64,000 nt of DNA from Macrostomum hystrix (lineage: Eukaryota; Animalia; Platyhelminthes). Below are positions 11,617-26,600 of the stretch, piece by piece; the first letter of the stretch is position 1, and each line of letters starts with the position of its first letter. The notes beneath the pieces were generated by a model that was not told the origin of the DNA, did not search any database, and worked only from the letters and a program-made list of their open reading frames with translations. The stretch lies in the NCBI GenBank assembly GCA_950097015.1, contig CATNEN010000038.1, forward strand, positions 19,716,001-19,780,000. Direction: 5' to 3'. Made by a program: the position numbers and the translations under genes.

Positions 11617-14600
11617 TGCCGGGGCGGCAGTGGTTGTATGCTCCGGCTGGCGATCAGCTGCGGCCACCTCTTCGTCCTCAGACTCGCTAAGTTCGACACC
11701 TTCGGCTAGAATCTCAGAGCGCTCGGCGTCTTCCGCTTCGAATTCGCGATAATCTTCGTCGTCATTGCTGGCACGATGTCTGCCGCGACCTTCCGGATCG
11801 TCGTCAAAGTCGCCGCTGGCGACACCGCCACCGTCGCCGTCGCCGACAATATCAGCAGCGGCGTTAGCCAGAGCTCTGAGCACAGACTCAGAAACGCGCT
11901 CTTTAACTCGCACTTCAATCTCTTTAGCTAGGCGAGGCAGGAATTTAGTTTCCAGGTAACGCATGGCCTGTCAATGACGGATTGGGCATCCAGGTGGCGA
12001 ATGAGAATAAGGGAGAGAAGCCAATGCAGAGAAAGACAACGAGAGCTAGGGAGAGAGCCGAATAGGGAACAGATGGACAGTTGCAGCGATTCAAAGGCGC
12101 ACCCGGAGCCTCTGTACAGCTTTTTACAGCTCCATGGACCGAAGGGCCGAAGAACACACAAAATTTCTAACCTGTCTAAAGGGGCATTTGTAGGAGAGCT
12201 GTGGGCACTGGAAGATCATTTGGCAAGGAGGCAATTCTGCTCATTCCGCTGACTCCTGAGCACACACTCACACAGGTGTGTTACACCTGCCCTGACTCTT
12301 ACACTGTCAGGCAGTGTACACTCTTTTCTGTGCCTTGGGGTTGGTCTTTAAAAGTACAAATTGTATGATAAACCCCTAAAAAGAAAGAGTCTAACCTGCT
12401 CAGGCCGCAGAAAGGTTTTGGCTTTGTAAGCGGATCTGCGCTTGAAATGAAAAGTGAATTTCAGCGTCCGCTGCATGTGCAGATGGCAGGCGCTGATCTG
12501 TTGAAGCATTTCACCAAGTAGCACCTTGTTTAGCCGGCAAATCAGCTGCTCCAGTCTGTAGGTGTGCTCAGCCGAGTCGGGCACGTGCGGCAGAACTTTG
12601 AGCACCATCAATGGTGTCTTAATAGTCTCGGAGCCAGTCATTAGTACTTCGCGAAGACGAGGAATACCTGGAATACATTGACTTTACAGTTGTAACACTG
12701 GCCTTTAAATACTAGATTGTCATAACCCATACCATACGGTCAGTTCCTACCTACTAGACGGTCAGAGTCCCTACCTACTAGACGGTCAGAGTCCCTACCT
12801 ACTAGACGGTCATAGTCCCTACCTACTGGACGGTCATAGTCCCTACCTTCTAGACGGTCATAGTCCCTACCTACTGGACGGTCATAGTCCCTACCTACTA
12901 GACGGTCATAGTCCCTACCTATCATTACTGCCTAAGTTGAGTCATGAATTCCAAAAACGTATGAAAAAGCCTTAATTACCAAGAGTAACATTGACCTCGC
13001 CGCGGCCAGCAAAGTGAAACGTATTCAGTGTCATCTGAGTTGACGGCTCGCCGATACTCTGCGAAGCCAGTAGGCCGACGCATTCACCCGGCTGCGAAAG
13101 CGAGGCCCGACACCGGTGCCACATAAGTCGTTGAAATTCAGCCGCAATGGACTGTCGGTCAGGCGAGTCGGCGAACTTTTTATCGGCATAGTTGAGCACA
13201 GTCTCGCGATAGGTCTCAGAGACGGAGCCTAATCTCAAGTGCGGCGGATGATTTGCCAACACTGGCACGCTGATGACTCGCCGGACACTGTAGTATTGGC
13301 CATCGTCGCCCTGAACAACTTCGGCAATGCGAGCCTCTCGATCATTGTTGCTATGTAGGCGAGCTTCTCGGCGAGCTAAGCGCCAATCGCGGCGAAGTGA
13401 TTTGAGCTCGCCGGCTTTGCCCGACGCTGGTTCGGCGATGCAGAACGAATCGTTTGAGTCCAATTGGGCTAGCTTAGACTGGAAATTTTGTAAAATGGGT
13501 TTCAATTAAACATGTTAAATGAAGCCAGTGCAAGCCGTAAATTGTTCGAAACATATCGGCTGAGTACTTTTTAGACGAATTTAATAAGCAGTATAGCTCC
13601 TTGGATTTCAGGTAGAAACTCACAGGATTTAAGCTAACAACGCATGGGATTTCAGGTAGAAACTCAGTCAGAAGGTCATTGGATTTCACGCAGAAACTGA
13701 TGGGATTTCAGGTAGAAACACATGGGATTTCAGGCAGAAGCTCATGGGATTTCAGGTAGAAACTCATGGGATTTCAGGTAGAAACTCATGGGATTTCAGG
13801 TAGAAAAACAATGAATTTCAGGCAGAAAATCATGGGATTTCAGGTAGAAACTCATGGGATTTCAGGTAGAAACTCATGGGATTTCAGGTAGAAACTCATG
13901 GGATTTCAGGTAGAAACTCATGGGATTTCAGGTAGAAACACATGGGATTTCAGGCAGAAGCTCAATGAATTTCAGGCAGAAACTCATGGGATTTCAGGTA
14001 GAAACTCATGGGATTTCAGGTAGAAAAACAATGAATTTCAGGCAGAAACTCATGGGATTTCAGGTAGAAACTCATGGGATTTCAGGTAGAAACTCATGGG
14101 ATTTCAGGCAGAAACTCACTGGATTTCAGGTAGAAACTCGTGGGATTTCAGGTAGAAACTCATGGGATTTCAGGTAGAAACTCATGGGATTTCAGGTAGA
14201 AACTCATGGGATTTCAGGTAGAAACTCATGGGATTCAAGGTAGAAACTTATCAGATTTCAAGTGGAAACTAACCGTTAAACTTTCACCAATGCGGCCAGC
14301 AAACAATTCGCTATTGTCAGCAAACAGGTCCATCCTCGCAGACTGAAGAAACGGAGTCCTGGCTACATCTAGGCCGTCTTCGCCGTACAGAAACTGTACA
14401 ATAGTGCCATCCGAGTTGCGCACAGTCATATCGTACTGTACAGCCAGGCCTTCCAGGTGTTTAATTAGACTGCGCTGCAGGTAGCCTGAACGAGAAGTTT
14501 TAACGGCGGTATCAATCAGGCCGTCACGGCCAGCCATGGTGTGAAAGAACAGCTCCTGCGGCGGTAGGCCGGTTAGAAATCTAGCGGAGCAGAAACCGCC

Positions 14601-17600
14601 AGCTCTCGGGTGAGTGTCGTAGGCTGGGAATGATGGCAGGGTTCTGCCGGACAGTGTCGGCGCCATTCGCCTGCCTTCGATTTCAATCTGGCCCAAAGCT
14701 ACGGACATCTGTTGAGCATTCACCTGGCTGCCTTTGGCACCCGAGTGGATCATTAGCTGCAGATTATTGGCCGGGAATGGCACCAGTAGGCGGCCGGGCA
14801 TTAGCTCCTCGCAGACGCGATCTTGCAGAGATTTCACGCGAGAGGTGACGGTGGCATCCAGCTCCATCTGGGGGAGAAACGGGGGAGAAACGCGATCGAT
14901 AATGGGTCGATTATTAATCTAGGGGCAGAATGATAGACCTATAAAAATGGATAGAAACGTGTTGTTAATTGGACGAAATGACTATCTAAATGTGCCCCAG
15001 CTAATAAAAAACAACCGGGTCATTGCTGCAGGTTTTAACATGAGTTTCTAGACTAAATTACTAATTACTAAAGGAAACCCAATTTCGGGAATAATAGGTG
15101 ATTACTAAGACTGATAGGTAATCAGATGCAGGACGACAAAAAAGGAAAATATTGGAATATTTATATTGGAAGGAACAGATAGACAGGTGGACAAAACAGT
15201 CGGAAAGAAACAGCAGACAGAATACGAGTAGGAGAGGCAGATTAGCGCGTCCCATTACGAGGAGACATATTAGTACATTTATACACATCAAGTCGGCAGG
15301 CAGGCGGGCAAGTACAAGCAACCCACCTGTTTCCTGGCGCCCTCCACCGGATCAAAGTGAGCAGCCCGCAGAGCAGCCCTCAGACTATCCGGGGTGAGCA
15401 GTTCAGGCGCAATGCCCATAGCGGCTCGGGCAGCTTTAACGCCTTCGCGATCAACTTTTTTGAACACTCGCCGGCGCCGCCTATCAGCGCTGGGATCAAC
15501 AATGAGATCTTTCAGGCCGAGGGTGAAGCCGACGCTGCGCAACGCACAATTGGCTATTCGACTAATAGCCGACAGCAAATCAGCGGCCGTCTGGGGCCCG
15601 TAGAGTTCGTGCATGGCGTGTACAAGGCTGTAGCCGGCTGCACCAACGTGTGCCTTGTCCAATAAGCCCGTGAGTAATTCGCCTTGGCGCACTATCAGAT
15701 CGACGTCCGACATGGTCAGTGTGACGGGGTCGCCACGACCGGACCACAGTTCGGCTTTCATGCGACGACCGGGCAGCGTGATATTGGGCAGTGGCTGGCC
15801 TTTTGGCACCAGATTCATTATTAGAGTTGAGAACACCTGGTCAAGTGGAGGGTGAATGATTGATGAATGAGAAGGAAATGTACTTTTCGATTGACTATGT
15901 GTCATGTTCATCTACGAGTATGTCATGTCAATCTAGGTCATGTGTATCTATGCCATGTGTATCTATGCCATGTGTATCTATGCCATGTGTATCTATGCCA
16001 TGTGTATCTATGCCATGTGTATCTATGCCATGTGTATCTATGCCATGTGTATCTATGCCATGTGTATCTATGCCATGTGTATCTATGCCATGTGTATCTA
16101 TGCCATGTGTATCTATGCCATGTGTATCTATGCCATGTGTATATATGCCATGTGTATCTATGCCATGTGTATCTATGCCATGTGTATCTATGCCATGTGT
16201 ATCTATGCCATGTGTATCTATGCCATGTGTATCTATGCCATGTGTATCTATGCCACGTGTATCTATGCCATGTGTATCTATGCCATGTGTATCTATGCCA
16301 TGTGTATCTATGCCATGTGTATCTATGCCATGTGTATCTATGCCATTTGTATCTATGCCATGTGTATCTATGCCATGTGTATCTATGCCATGTGTATCTA
16401 TGCCATGTGTATCTATGCCATGTGTATCTATGCCATGTGTATCTATGCCATGTGTATCTATGCCATGTGTATCTATGCCATGTGTATATATGCCATGTGT
16501 ATCTATGCCATGTCAATCAATGTCATGTCAATCTACGAGTATGTCATGTGTATCTATCTCATGTCAATCTGTGTCATGTCAATCTATGCCATGCCAATCT
16601 ATGTTATGTGTATCTATGTCATGTCCATCTGTATCATGTCCATCTGTGTCATGTCAATCTGTGTCATGTCCATCTGTGTCATGTCAATCTGTGTCATGTC
16701 CATCTGTGTCATGTCCATCTGTGTCATATCAATCTGTGTCATGTCCATCTGTGTCATGTCAATCTGTGTCATGTCCATCTGTGTCATGTCCATCTGTATC
16801 ATGTCCATCTGTGTCATGTCAATCTGTGTCATGTCAATCTGTGTCATGTCAATCTGTGTTATGTCCAACTGTGTCATATCTTTTCTACTCTCGTCCATTA
16901 TCATGTATCTCTCGATGACAAGATATGCCTCGTCGATCATTGTCTCCCGTCACGCTCAACAGAATCTCTCCCAAGACTCACCTGTTTGCCAGTCCACAGT
17001 CGCTGCACCCTAGTCGAGCCTTTGCGACTGTGACGTCGAATGCGCCAGATGGTAGGAGGCAGAGTTTTGATGGCGCAGTGGCGCGGCGCGTCTAGAGCGG
17101 TGAGGCCCTCCCACACTAGCTGAAAGTAGTCCTCTCTGGATAGGAAACGATTCACCCAGGACAGCTTCACAGTGGCTATGACGTGATCCTGCGAGGTATT
17201 AATTTAGTTATGTATTAGAAACTCACCTAGATTCTCATCTAGAGCCCTAGACAATAACCTAGATTCTCTATCTAGAGCCCTAGACAATAACCTAGATTCT
17301 CTATCTAGAGCCCTAGACAATAACCTAGATTCTCTATCTAGAGCCCTAGATTCTCCATCTAGAGCCCCAGACAACAACCTAGATTCTCCATATAGAGCCC
17401 CAGACAACAACCTAGATTCTCCATCTAGAGCCCCAGACAACAACCTAGATTCTCCATATAGAGCCCCAGACAACAACCTAGATCCATCTAGACACTACTC
17501 TAGATTCTCCATGTAGACATTAGCCTGGATTTATTCACTAAACATTAAATTAGATTCTTATCACAGAGAAGACAATCTATTTATAAAGCTAACCTGGATA

Positions 17601-20600
17601 AGTCCGCCTAATGGACTGCCATCCTTGGGCGCCAGATAGTGATTTGGTGCAGACATCAGCTGTTTAACTTCGGCCATAGCCGGCAGGCTTTGCACGCAAT
17701 GGCCGTTCATCTCGTCGCCGTCAAAGTCGGCATTGTAAGCTTTGCAGGCGGAGTAATGCAATCGGATTGTTCGCAGCGGGCGACTTCTGCGGGTTTAGTT
17801 TAGGATTTAACCATAGACTGTAGCTGACGTCTAGTATTTATGTTTCAAATAACCAGCCAGGACCATAGACAGTAGCTGAGACAGTTAATCCGGGAATGGG
17901 AAAAGGCAATTACTAAAGTAATTTATATGTTATACCCGTAGTGAGTGACACATGAGGCATCTTAACCAGATATGACCATAGACAGTGGCTGAGATATGTA
18001 GAGGCATCTTAATAAGGTATGACCATAGACAGTGGCTGAGATATAGTGAATATTTAGGGAGGCTGTATTGACTTACTTTGGTGGATTCGGCAGCACTCGA
18101 ACCTTGTGGCCCTGCATACTAGGCCTATGCAATGTTGGCTGCCGATTCATGATTAAATAATCGTTATCACTCAGATGCCGCAGAACTGTCCACGGCCCGA
18201 CTCGTCCCTGACTAGGCCGGAGGTCACCTGCCAGGGTGGCGCGAAGCTTCTTTGAACAGTGAGCTAGCGGCACAACGCTGCCATCGGGCTTGACGATGGC
18301 ATTTGCGCCAGGATATCTGTCAGGCCCGTTGGCCACTAGCCGGCGGAGTCGGTCAATGTTAAATGGTGTCACCTCTTCTGGGAAGCTGAGTCTACGTGCG
18401 AACACGGTCGGTATGCCGACTTCGTCGACGCGCATCAGAGGATCCGGTGATATTACTGACCGGCATGCGTAGTTAACTCGCTTGCCTAGTAGAATACAGG
18501 CGGGTGAGACATTTAAATAATACAATCGATAACTTTTCCCGCTGGGAACCAACTCAGACATTTTTATAGTTGTTAGGCCAGTGTTGGAACGATTTTGATA
18601 CGATTTTCAACGTTTTTAAAGTTTGGGCTGATTTCTTATCGATATTGGTACGATTTTCACCGACATTTGCTGTCTCTGTGCCCGGTGAAAGTCGGGTCCA
18701 GTTTGGGCAAGTTTCGGACCGATTTTCACCGATTTTCCCCCAATTTTCGCCTACCCTGTGCCAGGTGAAAGTCGGGTCCAGTTTGGGCAAGTTTCGGACC
18801 GATTTTCACCGATTTTCCCCCAATTTTCGCCTACTTTCCAGGTAAAATTCGCGCTAAGTCCTCATACTATGTACAGCATGCACTGCATCGCTCGAAACAG
18901 TGTGTGGCTGCGCCCTCCCTCCGTACAAGCGCCAGCGTTACACTGCAGATTTGGAGTCTGGCACAGTTCCAAAAGCTGTACCTGGCCCAGTGCCTAATGC
19001 AGTCTTTTTCATTTACTTTGTATTATATGCTAAATAAAACAGAATGCATAACGCCATATTTTTGTGTCAATGCAAACCACCTTTAGACTCCTTTTACTTC
19101 GGCTTTACTATTTGATTGCATATTTGAACTACCTAGCTATAGCTATAACGTTATAAGGTTAAGGTCTCGTAAATTTCTACGCAGCTGCTTCAGCCTATAA
19201 ATTGGATTGAATGGTCATAAAATAGAAAATCCCAAAATCACATTGCTCTGTTTCAGCTGTTGCACTGTTAATAATGCCACGTTCAAACCGAGCACGCCAG
19301 AAGCAATGGAGACAGCTAAAATCAGAAAGAGAAAATTCTTTTGCTGACACTCGGGCCGACAGCAGCGACAGCGACACCCAGCAGCCTGCTGCGAGCCCTG
19401 GACACGGTGGTCCTCCTGCCGACAGCAGCGACAGCGACACCCAGCAGCCTGCTGCGAGCCCTGGACACGGTGGTCCTCCTGCCGACAGCAGCGACAGCGA
19501 CACCCAGCAGTCTGCTGCGAGCCCTGTCAACCATGCAGCGACCAGTCCCATTTTTCTTGGTGCCAGCATAAGTGTCAAGGATGCAGCTATGGCGATCGAA
19601 GACTTTGCAAAGAAAAGCAAACTGCGTCGTCTGTCGAAAGCATTGCTTTTGCGGCTTCTACAACGTCTTTTGCCGACAGCGAACTCCATGCCGAAAACTC
19701 TTACACAGCTGGATAAAGCACTGGGACTTGCGCCCGTCAGAGGTCGATTTCAGCCCAAGAATGCTACTTGTCATTTCGTTTGTTGCACATGTAATACGAG
19801 CCACGTAGAAGCTATCGCTGATGAGCGTTGCCAGCAGTGTCAATCCGATACGGTTAAGTTCTGGGTGGTCGATGTTCGCTCGCAGCTGCGCGTGATGATT
19901 GAGCGCAATCATTTGCTTCGCTACGTCACCTTTCCTTGCGATCAAATATATACGCCTGGCTGTCTAAGCTTTGCTGCAGGCACGGCCTATCAACGTTTTT
20001 TGCAGACCATTCGACCACAAGAACGAAGTGATTTGACCTACACTTTGAGCACTGACGGCTTTACAGTCGCGAGAACATCCAGCGCTGAAGTGTGCCCAGT
20101 TTATCTTATTATTAACGAAATAGACGATAAAATAAAGATGCGCTTCGTCGTATTGTGCGGCTTGTGGACGGGAAAGCGCAAGTTGCGAGCCTCGCACTTC
20201 TTCAGTTAGTGGTTCCCATGCTTAACAGGTTGCGCGTGGAAGGCATTACGATCGTTGATGAAACCGGGGCTAAACGAAATCTTCATCTACATCCACTGAT
20301 CGGAATGTTCGACGCTCCTGTTCGCGCCGACGCAATCGGAATAAAGCGCTTCAACGCGCGCTACGGTTGCGACAAATGCTACGTCGAAACGCGCCCGCAA
20401 CTGAGAGCAGGCCGCTACTATCCTACTCAACTCACGAATGCCATGATGGAAACAGCAAGACGCGCTGGTTGCAGGGCACCAGCTGTTCGCACCAGGCGAG
20501 ACACGCTTCATTTGGCTGCGACCATCCCTGCACGCCGAGACGATTTTCTAGGCGTGAGTATCCTGTTATATGTGTAGTACGAGCGCAGTTTATAGGCATC

Positions 20601-23600
20601 TGTCACTTTCTGTCATTTTTTACATAGGAGAATTATATTTTCAGATGAAGCCATTGCTTTTATTGCTCTCCATATTGCAGGTAAATGCCGTCTCTCCTTT
20701 GGAAGAACTGAACGGCTTCGATTTCGTCACTGGATGCCCCCCGTGTTTCTTACACCAGTTTGACGGCGGTCTATTTAAGTGGCTCCTACGGCAGCTTCTT
20801 TGTCAACGCCGTGATCGACCGGATCCGCAAATCGAGACGCCGAACCTGCATCGGCAACTGCAGGAGATGAGCGCCGCACTAAGCCAAATAATCGTGCCAC
20901 ACAGTGTTCACCGTCGTTCCCTGCGAAATCTAAAGGAGCTCGCTCGCTTCCGCGGCCACGAGTTCGAGGTTTGGGCGTTCGCACTGACTCCGATGATCCT
21001 TGGCGACTTTCTACGCGGACAAACGAAAGTTGATTACTACTTGCATCTGCTACTGCTAAGCTCCGCCGTTTTCTGGCTCTGCTTCGAAGGGGGATCGCTA
21101 GTTGAAGTCATGCGAGCGCAGACCTCCCTCGAACATTTTCTGAAGTAAGTGCAATGGACTGGTCTCTATGAATACTCATTAACTAACATTTTCGCGTGGC
21201 CATGTCTGTAGCAGAATGTGATTACACTTCTCTTCAATCATATTTCACAGCTATATTGAGTTGAAATGTTTTGCTTTACACATTACTAGGTGCCTGCCCG
21301 TGCTCTACTCAACGCGGGCGTTGACCTACAATGCACACCAAGTCTGTGTGCATATGGTATCTACAGCCATCAGATTTGGACCACTTCATAGGATCTCTGC
21401 ATCGCTGTTCGAAGCGACACACTTCCGCCTCCGTAGCAACATCCACGGCTCACGTCTGCAGGATGTCGAAATTCTTAAAGCGGTAACCCGTCACATCAAT
21501 ACGCTTCGACTGCCTGACCCTGATAATCACCCTGACGGCACCGCATTGTTTGTCGGAGGCATCAAGCTGGAAGGTCGACAGCAGCAGGCGAACAGCCAGT
21601 TTCGTGCTGCGACTCTCCCCAATGGCCTATTCATTGAAATCAGGCAAGGACTGGTTAGAGCATCGAAGACATCGTCCTGTTTTGTTGCAACGCGAGGAAA
21701 TTCTGCGACCGAATTTGCCTTTGGACGCTTAGAAGCGATCCAGGCTGACATTGATTCAGATGTGGTCCGAGTTGTAATTCAGCCTATACGGACAACTGCG
21801 TTGGTACTTTATCCTGCAGTGAGGCTGTGCTCAGTGCCTCCAGAATCATCCGCACGTGGGTGTCGCCTGACACACGTCATGCGACTAGTGGACGACCCGT
21901 TCAGCGACGACATACCTGAACCGCCGACAACAGTTGACTGTAGCAAGGTTGTTGGAACCTGCCTAGTCAGTCACACGCACATAGCACTAATGCCACACAC
22001 GCAGCTGCACTACGCGTGAACGCACAGGATCGCGACCGATGGATATTTGCAGCGTTGACTGATGTCCCAGTAGCCTGTCACGATTTCCAGTCTAACTAAT
22101 TGTATATCCTCTTTAGTACATTTGCGTATGCATAGCAATTCAATTAAACGACATTTTCATTCGCCTATTGGCCCTATCGTTCTTTACATTCGTGGCTTTC
22201 TTGCTTTGACTTCTGAAAATCTAACTTTAGTGCCTTCATATGACAGGATACCAGGGTGGCATGCAATATGGCCTACTTGTATGAAGGTGCAGCACATGTT
22301 TCTGAATGAAACCTAGCACGACCCTATAGTCCCCGACCTCATTTAAGAAATTCCACTACTTTTGCAGCATTATTGTCAACAGAAGAAGCTACTTTCCGTC
22401 TACGATTGCCATGTCAAACAATAGGCCTATTTGGCTCAGCAAGCAGGCCTGGCTAAAAGAACAAAGGGAGGATGAGGAATGGTTGCGGCGTAAGGCCCGA
22501 GAGACTGCTGCCAATACAAACGCTGTGACGGCAGGAGAAACGTCTGCCATGTCTGTATTCAGATATTCAGATATATCTGAAATTAGAGAAGCAGAAAGGC
22601 CATCTGAGTCAGAAGACTTATTCGCTTCATTATTTTCTTCGACTGGCGCCTCGGCCGGCACCGCTACTGGCGCCTCGGCCGGCACCGCTACTGGCGCCTC
22701 TGCTCGCTGTGCTGTGCTGGCTGAAGCGAATGTCCAAATTTGCACTAGTGACGACTTTGCAGGCTTCATCTGCAGCACCAATGATGACCATGAATTCGAT
22801 CATAGCAATCTTGCCTCCGCTGCGACAACAGATTGTGTCAGCTTAGAGGCAGAACTTGTGGCCAAATGTTCTGATGCATTAAAGAGGGCGGAGAGTGCAC
22901 TGAATGTAAGCATTATATTAAGAAATTCTTTGGGGCTAGATAGTCTAATACAAAATGAAACTGATAGTACAACTGTTGATGAGCAGCTAGATAGAAAATG
23001 CAGCTGAGCGCAACAATCGTGCATATGTTTCTGCCACTGAATCATAAATTACAGGAATGCCGCAATGCCATGCTAGAACTAGCTGAGTTTCGACACAACC
23101 GATTCAGACATGTGTCTGAGATGGTCTCTGTTGCAGATGAAGACGCCGCTTGTCCATCGCCGGTCTTCCGCAAAACTGGTACCGTTAAGATGGCCTCCGT
23201 TGCAGATGACGAGGCCGCTTGTCTATCGCCTGTCTTCAACAGGACAATCGATATATGTGCTTACCGTGCTTACGTCGAACACCGTCATTGGGCTGACGAT
23301 GGCATGGAGGACATACTCATTGAGGCGTTGGAGGAAGCTGAGGGAACTATATATTCAATGTAAAGGAATCTGTTCTATAATTAGGCCAGCTATTAATTAC
23401 AATCGTAGGTACAAAGACAGATAAGAGTAAGAAATTATAACTACCTTAAACGGTCTATGAGATTAATATAGGTCCATGTTATTTTTATATTTGCTGCCAA
23501 TACAGGCAAAGTTTTGTTCCCTTTAGCGCAGATTGCAGCGCATTATAAAATGTGGTGATGTCGCCACCCATCCATGTACGAGTACATGCATGTTCGACTT

Positions 23601-26600
23601 GTTATAAAGTTGCCCTCATGGTGATTCCAGCGGATGAGTGTATGCGCCTCAACTGCTTAGTTTGAACTGTAAAAACATTTTCCACATGTTTACAACTTTG
23701 TGTTATCTTTTTAATGGCCCGTAGGGTTGAAGTTGACAACTGAAAGTCCTCAATCTTGTTATATACCTATGATACTTATAATTTGCCAGGTACCCTTCCA
23801 AATTAAGTTCACAATTTAAGTCACAATTGTTCAAGTGTAAGCCTGTGTTGCCTGTCACCCGGGGTTTAACGTAGGGCTTGGGTGAGGCAAGCTCCAATCT
23901 GAAGCTTAGTGGTAACGTAATCAGCTCGTCTCAAATAATCACTCGATCGCGGTAATGCTGCCACCAGAGGAATTCTACTGCAGTCACGGTGGACTTAAGA
24001 TGGAGTTCCTCAAATAAGTAATAAGAGATCTCGGAGTTGGAGGTTGCACTTAGATCGTCTAAAGACGCAAAAGACTAAAGGGGAACGGGACAGATGGGCG
24101 GAGAGGCTACGCTAAGACGAGCCGCACATCACCTGCCATCCAAACATTTTTCAGCGTTGCAGTCTGTCAGATTCAAGTCCACTCATCTACAGGTCTATTC
24201 ATCAAGCTGCGAATTCACTAAAATGCCGAGTGAAAAGAAAAACACGGTTGCGCAGCGGAAGGCGGGGCCGTCCCAATCCACAAAATTTGCCGAACACTTT
24301 TGGATTGTGCAATTCGCGACTGGAAAGCGCGAGTGCATGATTGTCGACGATCGTGATGTCTTCAACGCCTCAGTCGACCTAGATTGCAACTCCCCTCGGT
24401 CCATCGGACACGACGTCCAAGTCGTTGTCGCAAAGGATAAGAAAGCAGGCATTCGATATGCTGCTAAAATTGTTAAGGGACCTTTTGTGTCCCAAAAGCA
24501 AGCTTAGAAATTTCTCAAGGTGTGCGAAACTGCCGCTGAGTCGCATGACAAGCCAACCGGCATTGAATGCCCCGCGGATGAGGCCGACCATTCGTGCGAG
24601 GAGTGCGGGAGAAAGGACACCCGGCTCAGGAGGCTTCTTAGCGAGCTGCAGGCGGTTCGTCAGGAGCGCGATGAGCTCGAGCAAAAGGTGCACCACATGG
24701 AGCACGAACTCGACGCCCGGCGCAAAACAGATGACCAGTTGCGCGAATCCATCCGGGACCACCAAATCGAAGCCAGTCTAACCAAGCGGAAGGTGCTTCT
24801 ATCGGTTTCGGCAGCTATTGCCGCTGCTGCTGACGCTGCGACTGACGACGGACCCGACAACGCCACTGGCAGCTCATCGGAAGATGAAGGCGCCGTGGCA
24901 GACTCGGTGCATTCGGCTTTGATCGTCTCATCGAAACCGATACGGACCGCCAGAAACGCTGAGAGTATTCTAGTACCGCTGTCGCCACAGCTACCAGATG
25001 TGCTAATTCGATCGTCGGATCGTTGTGCTCTGCAGAGCGATATTTAGAACGCTAAAGAGGCGGAAAATGTGGATGCGCGCGTCAGGGCTCGAGGATCCCT
25101 CTTGCGTCGATTCGTTCGGATTCTGTTTTCTAAGGAGGAGCTCCTCCAGACCAGCTTCACGGGTCGCAGTTCTGGCGACAAAGCCCGACTGCCTGCCGAT
25201 AATGTCAAGTTGGACATCATCGTGGCCCACTTGAACAACAACGGTCTTGAGCTAGGTCGACGTGAACTGCAGCAGGCATATTCGCGCTGCGTTGACGCCA
25301 TCACGCAGGCGCGAAAGAGAAAAGCGGTCGCTGCAAAGAAAATGCCCAAGAAGACAAAAATTGGCGCTGCTGCTAGCAACTTTGCCGATACTGACAAAGC
25401 CGTTGCTGCTGGCGAATCCGCTGGTGCTAGCGAAGCCATTGGAGCTTCTGCTAACAATGTAGCTGGTGCTGCATATGAAGACGACGCTTAAGTATGCATT
25501 TAACACTTGACACGCCAAGCAGGTTTTATTAGCTATTCCGAACGAATTTTGCATTTCTAGCAGCCTTTAATAAGCCTTTCTTCATTCTGAATTAATCATT
25601 CAAAAGCTGCCGTAATTACCTGCTAATTGTGCGAGTTAGTTTTGAAGTTACGCTTCATTGACGTTGCAGTTGAGCAACGGGAACACGTTTGTCCTTGTGT
25701 TGTGTGCTTTTTGTATTTCGTACTTTGTATTTACATTTTGTATTTTATAATTGTTCATTTTCATCTTTTCTTTAAGTACGAAATACAGCGCCCAGCGAAA
25801 TACACTAGACAAGCCAAACAAGCTTTATTAGCTATTACGAACGATTTTTGCATTTATTGCACCTTTAATAAGCCTTTCTTCATTCTGAATAAATCATAAA
25901 AAAGGTCTTTTCCTGCTAATTGTGCGAGAAAAAAGTTATGCTTAAATTCAACTGGCAAAATCATTCACTCTTTATGTGAACTTCGGCCTACAATATCGGG
26001 AAAAGTCGTGCCAATATTGGTCCGATTCTGTCCGTTGAGTGTCGGTGAAAAATGGCCTTACAATGTCGGTGAAAGTCGTGCCAATATTGGTCCGATTCTG
26101 TCCGTTGAGTGTCGGTAAAAAATGGCCTTACAATGTCGGTGAAATTCGTGCCAATATTGGTCCGATTCTGTCCGTTGAGTGTCGGTGAAAAATGGCCTTA
26201 CAATGTCGGTGAAAGTCGTGCCAATATTGGTCCGATTCTGTCCGTTGAGTGTCGGTGAAAAATGGCCTTACAATGTCGGTGAAAGTCGTGCCAATATTAG
26301 TCCGATTCTGTCCGTTGAGTGTCGGTGAAAAACGGGCGGTTCTTCAACGACCCCCTTCCCCTGTAGTTGAAAATCTGTGCTCTGTTGGGTGAAAATCGAG
26401 TTGTCGTTACGTTTTCCTGGAAAAGTCGGTGAGCCACCTACAAAATCGGTCCGATTTTCTACAATCGACCGACTAAGGCTGGTGAAAATCGTGCGAAGGT
26501 GAAATTTGATCCGATTTTCACCCAATTTTGTCGGTCAGAATCGGTCCGATTCTGAGAAATGGTGAAAATCGGGTGAAAGTCAGTCCGATTTTGGGGAATT

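Noticed and set aside
15860-17033. Several long Cys-rich ORFs
   Set aside because: They are translations of a 15-bp intronic repeat in multiple frames.
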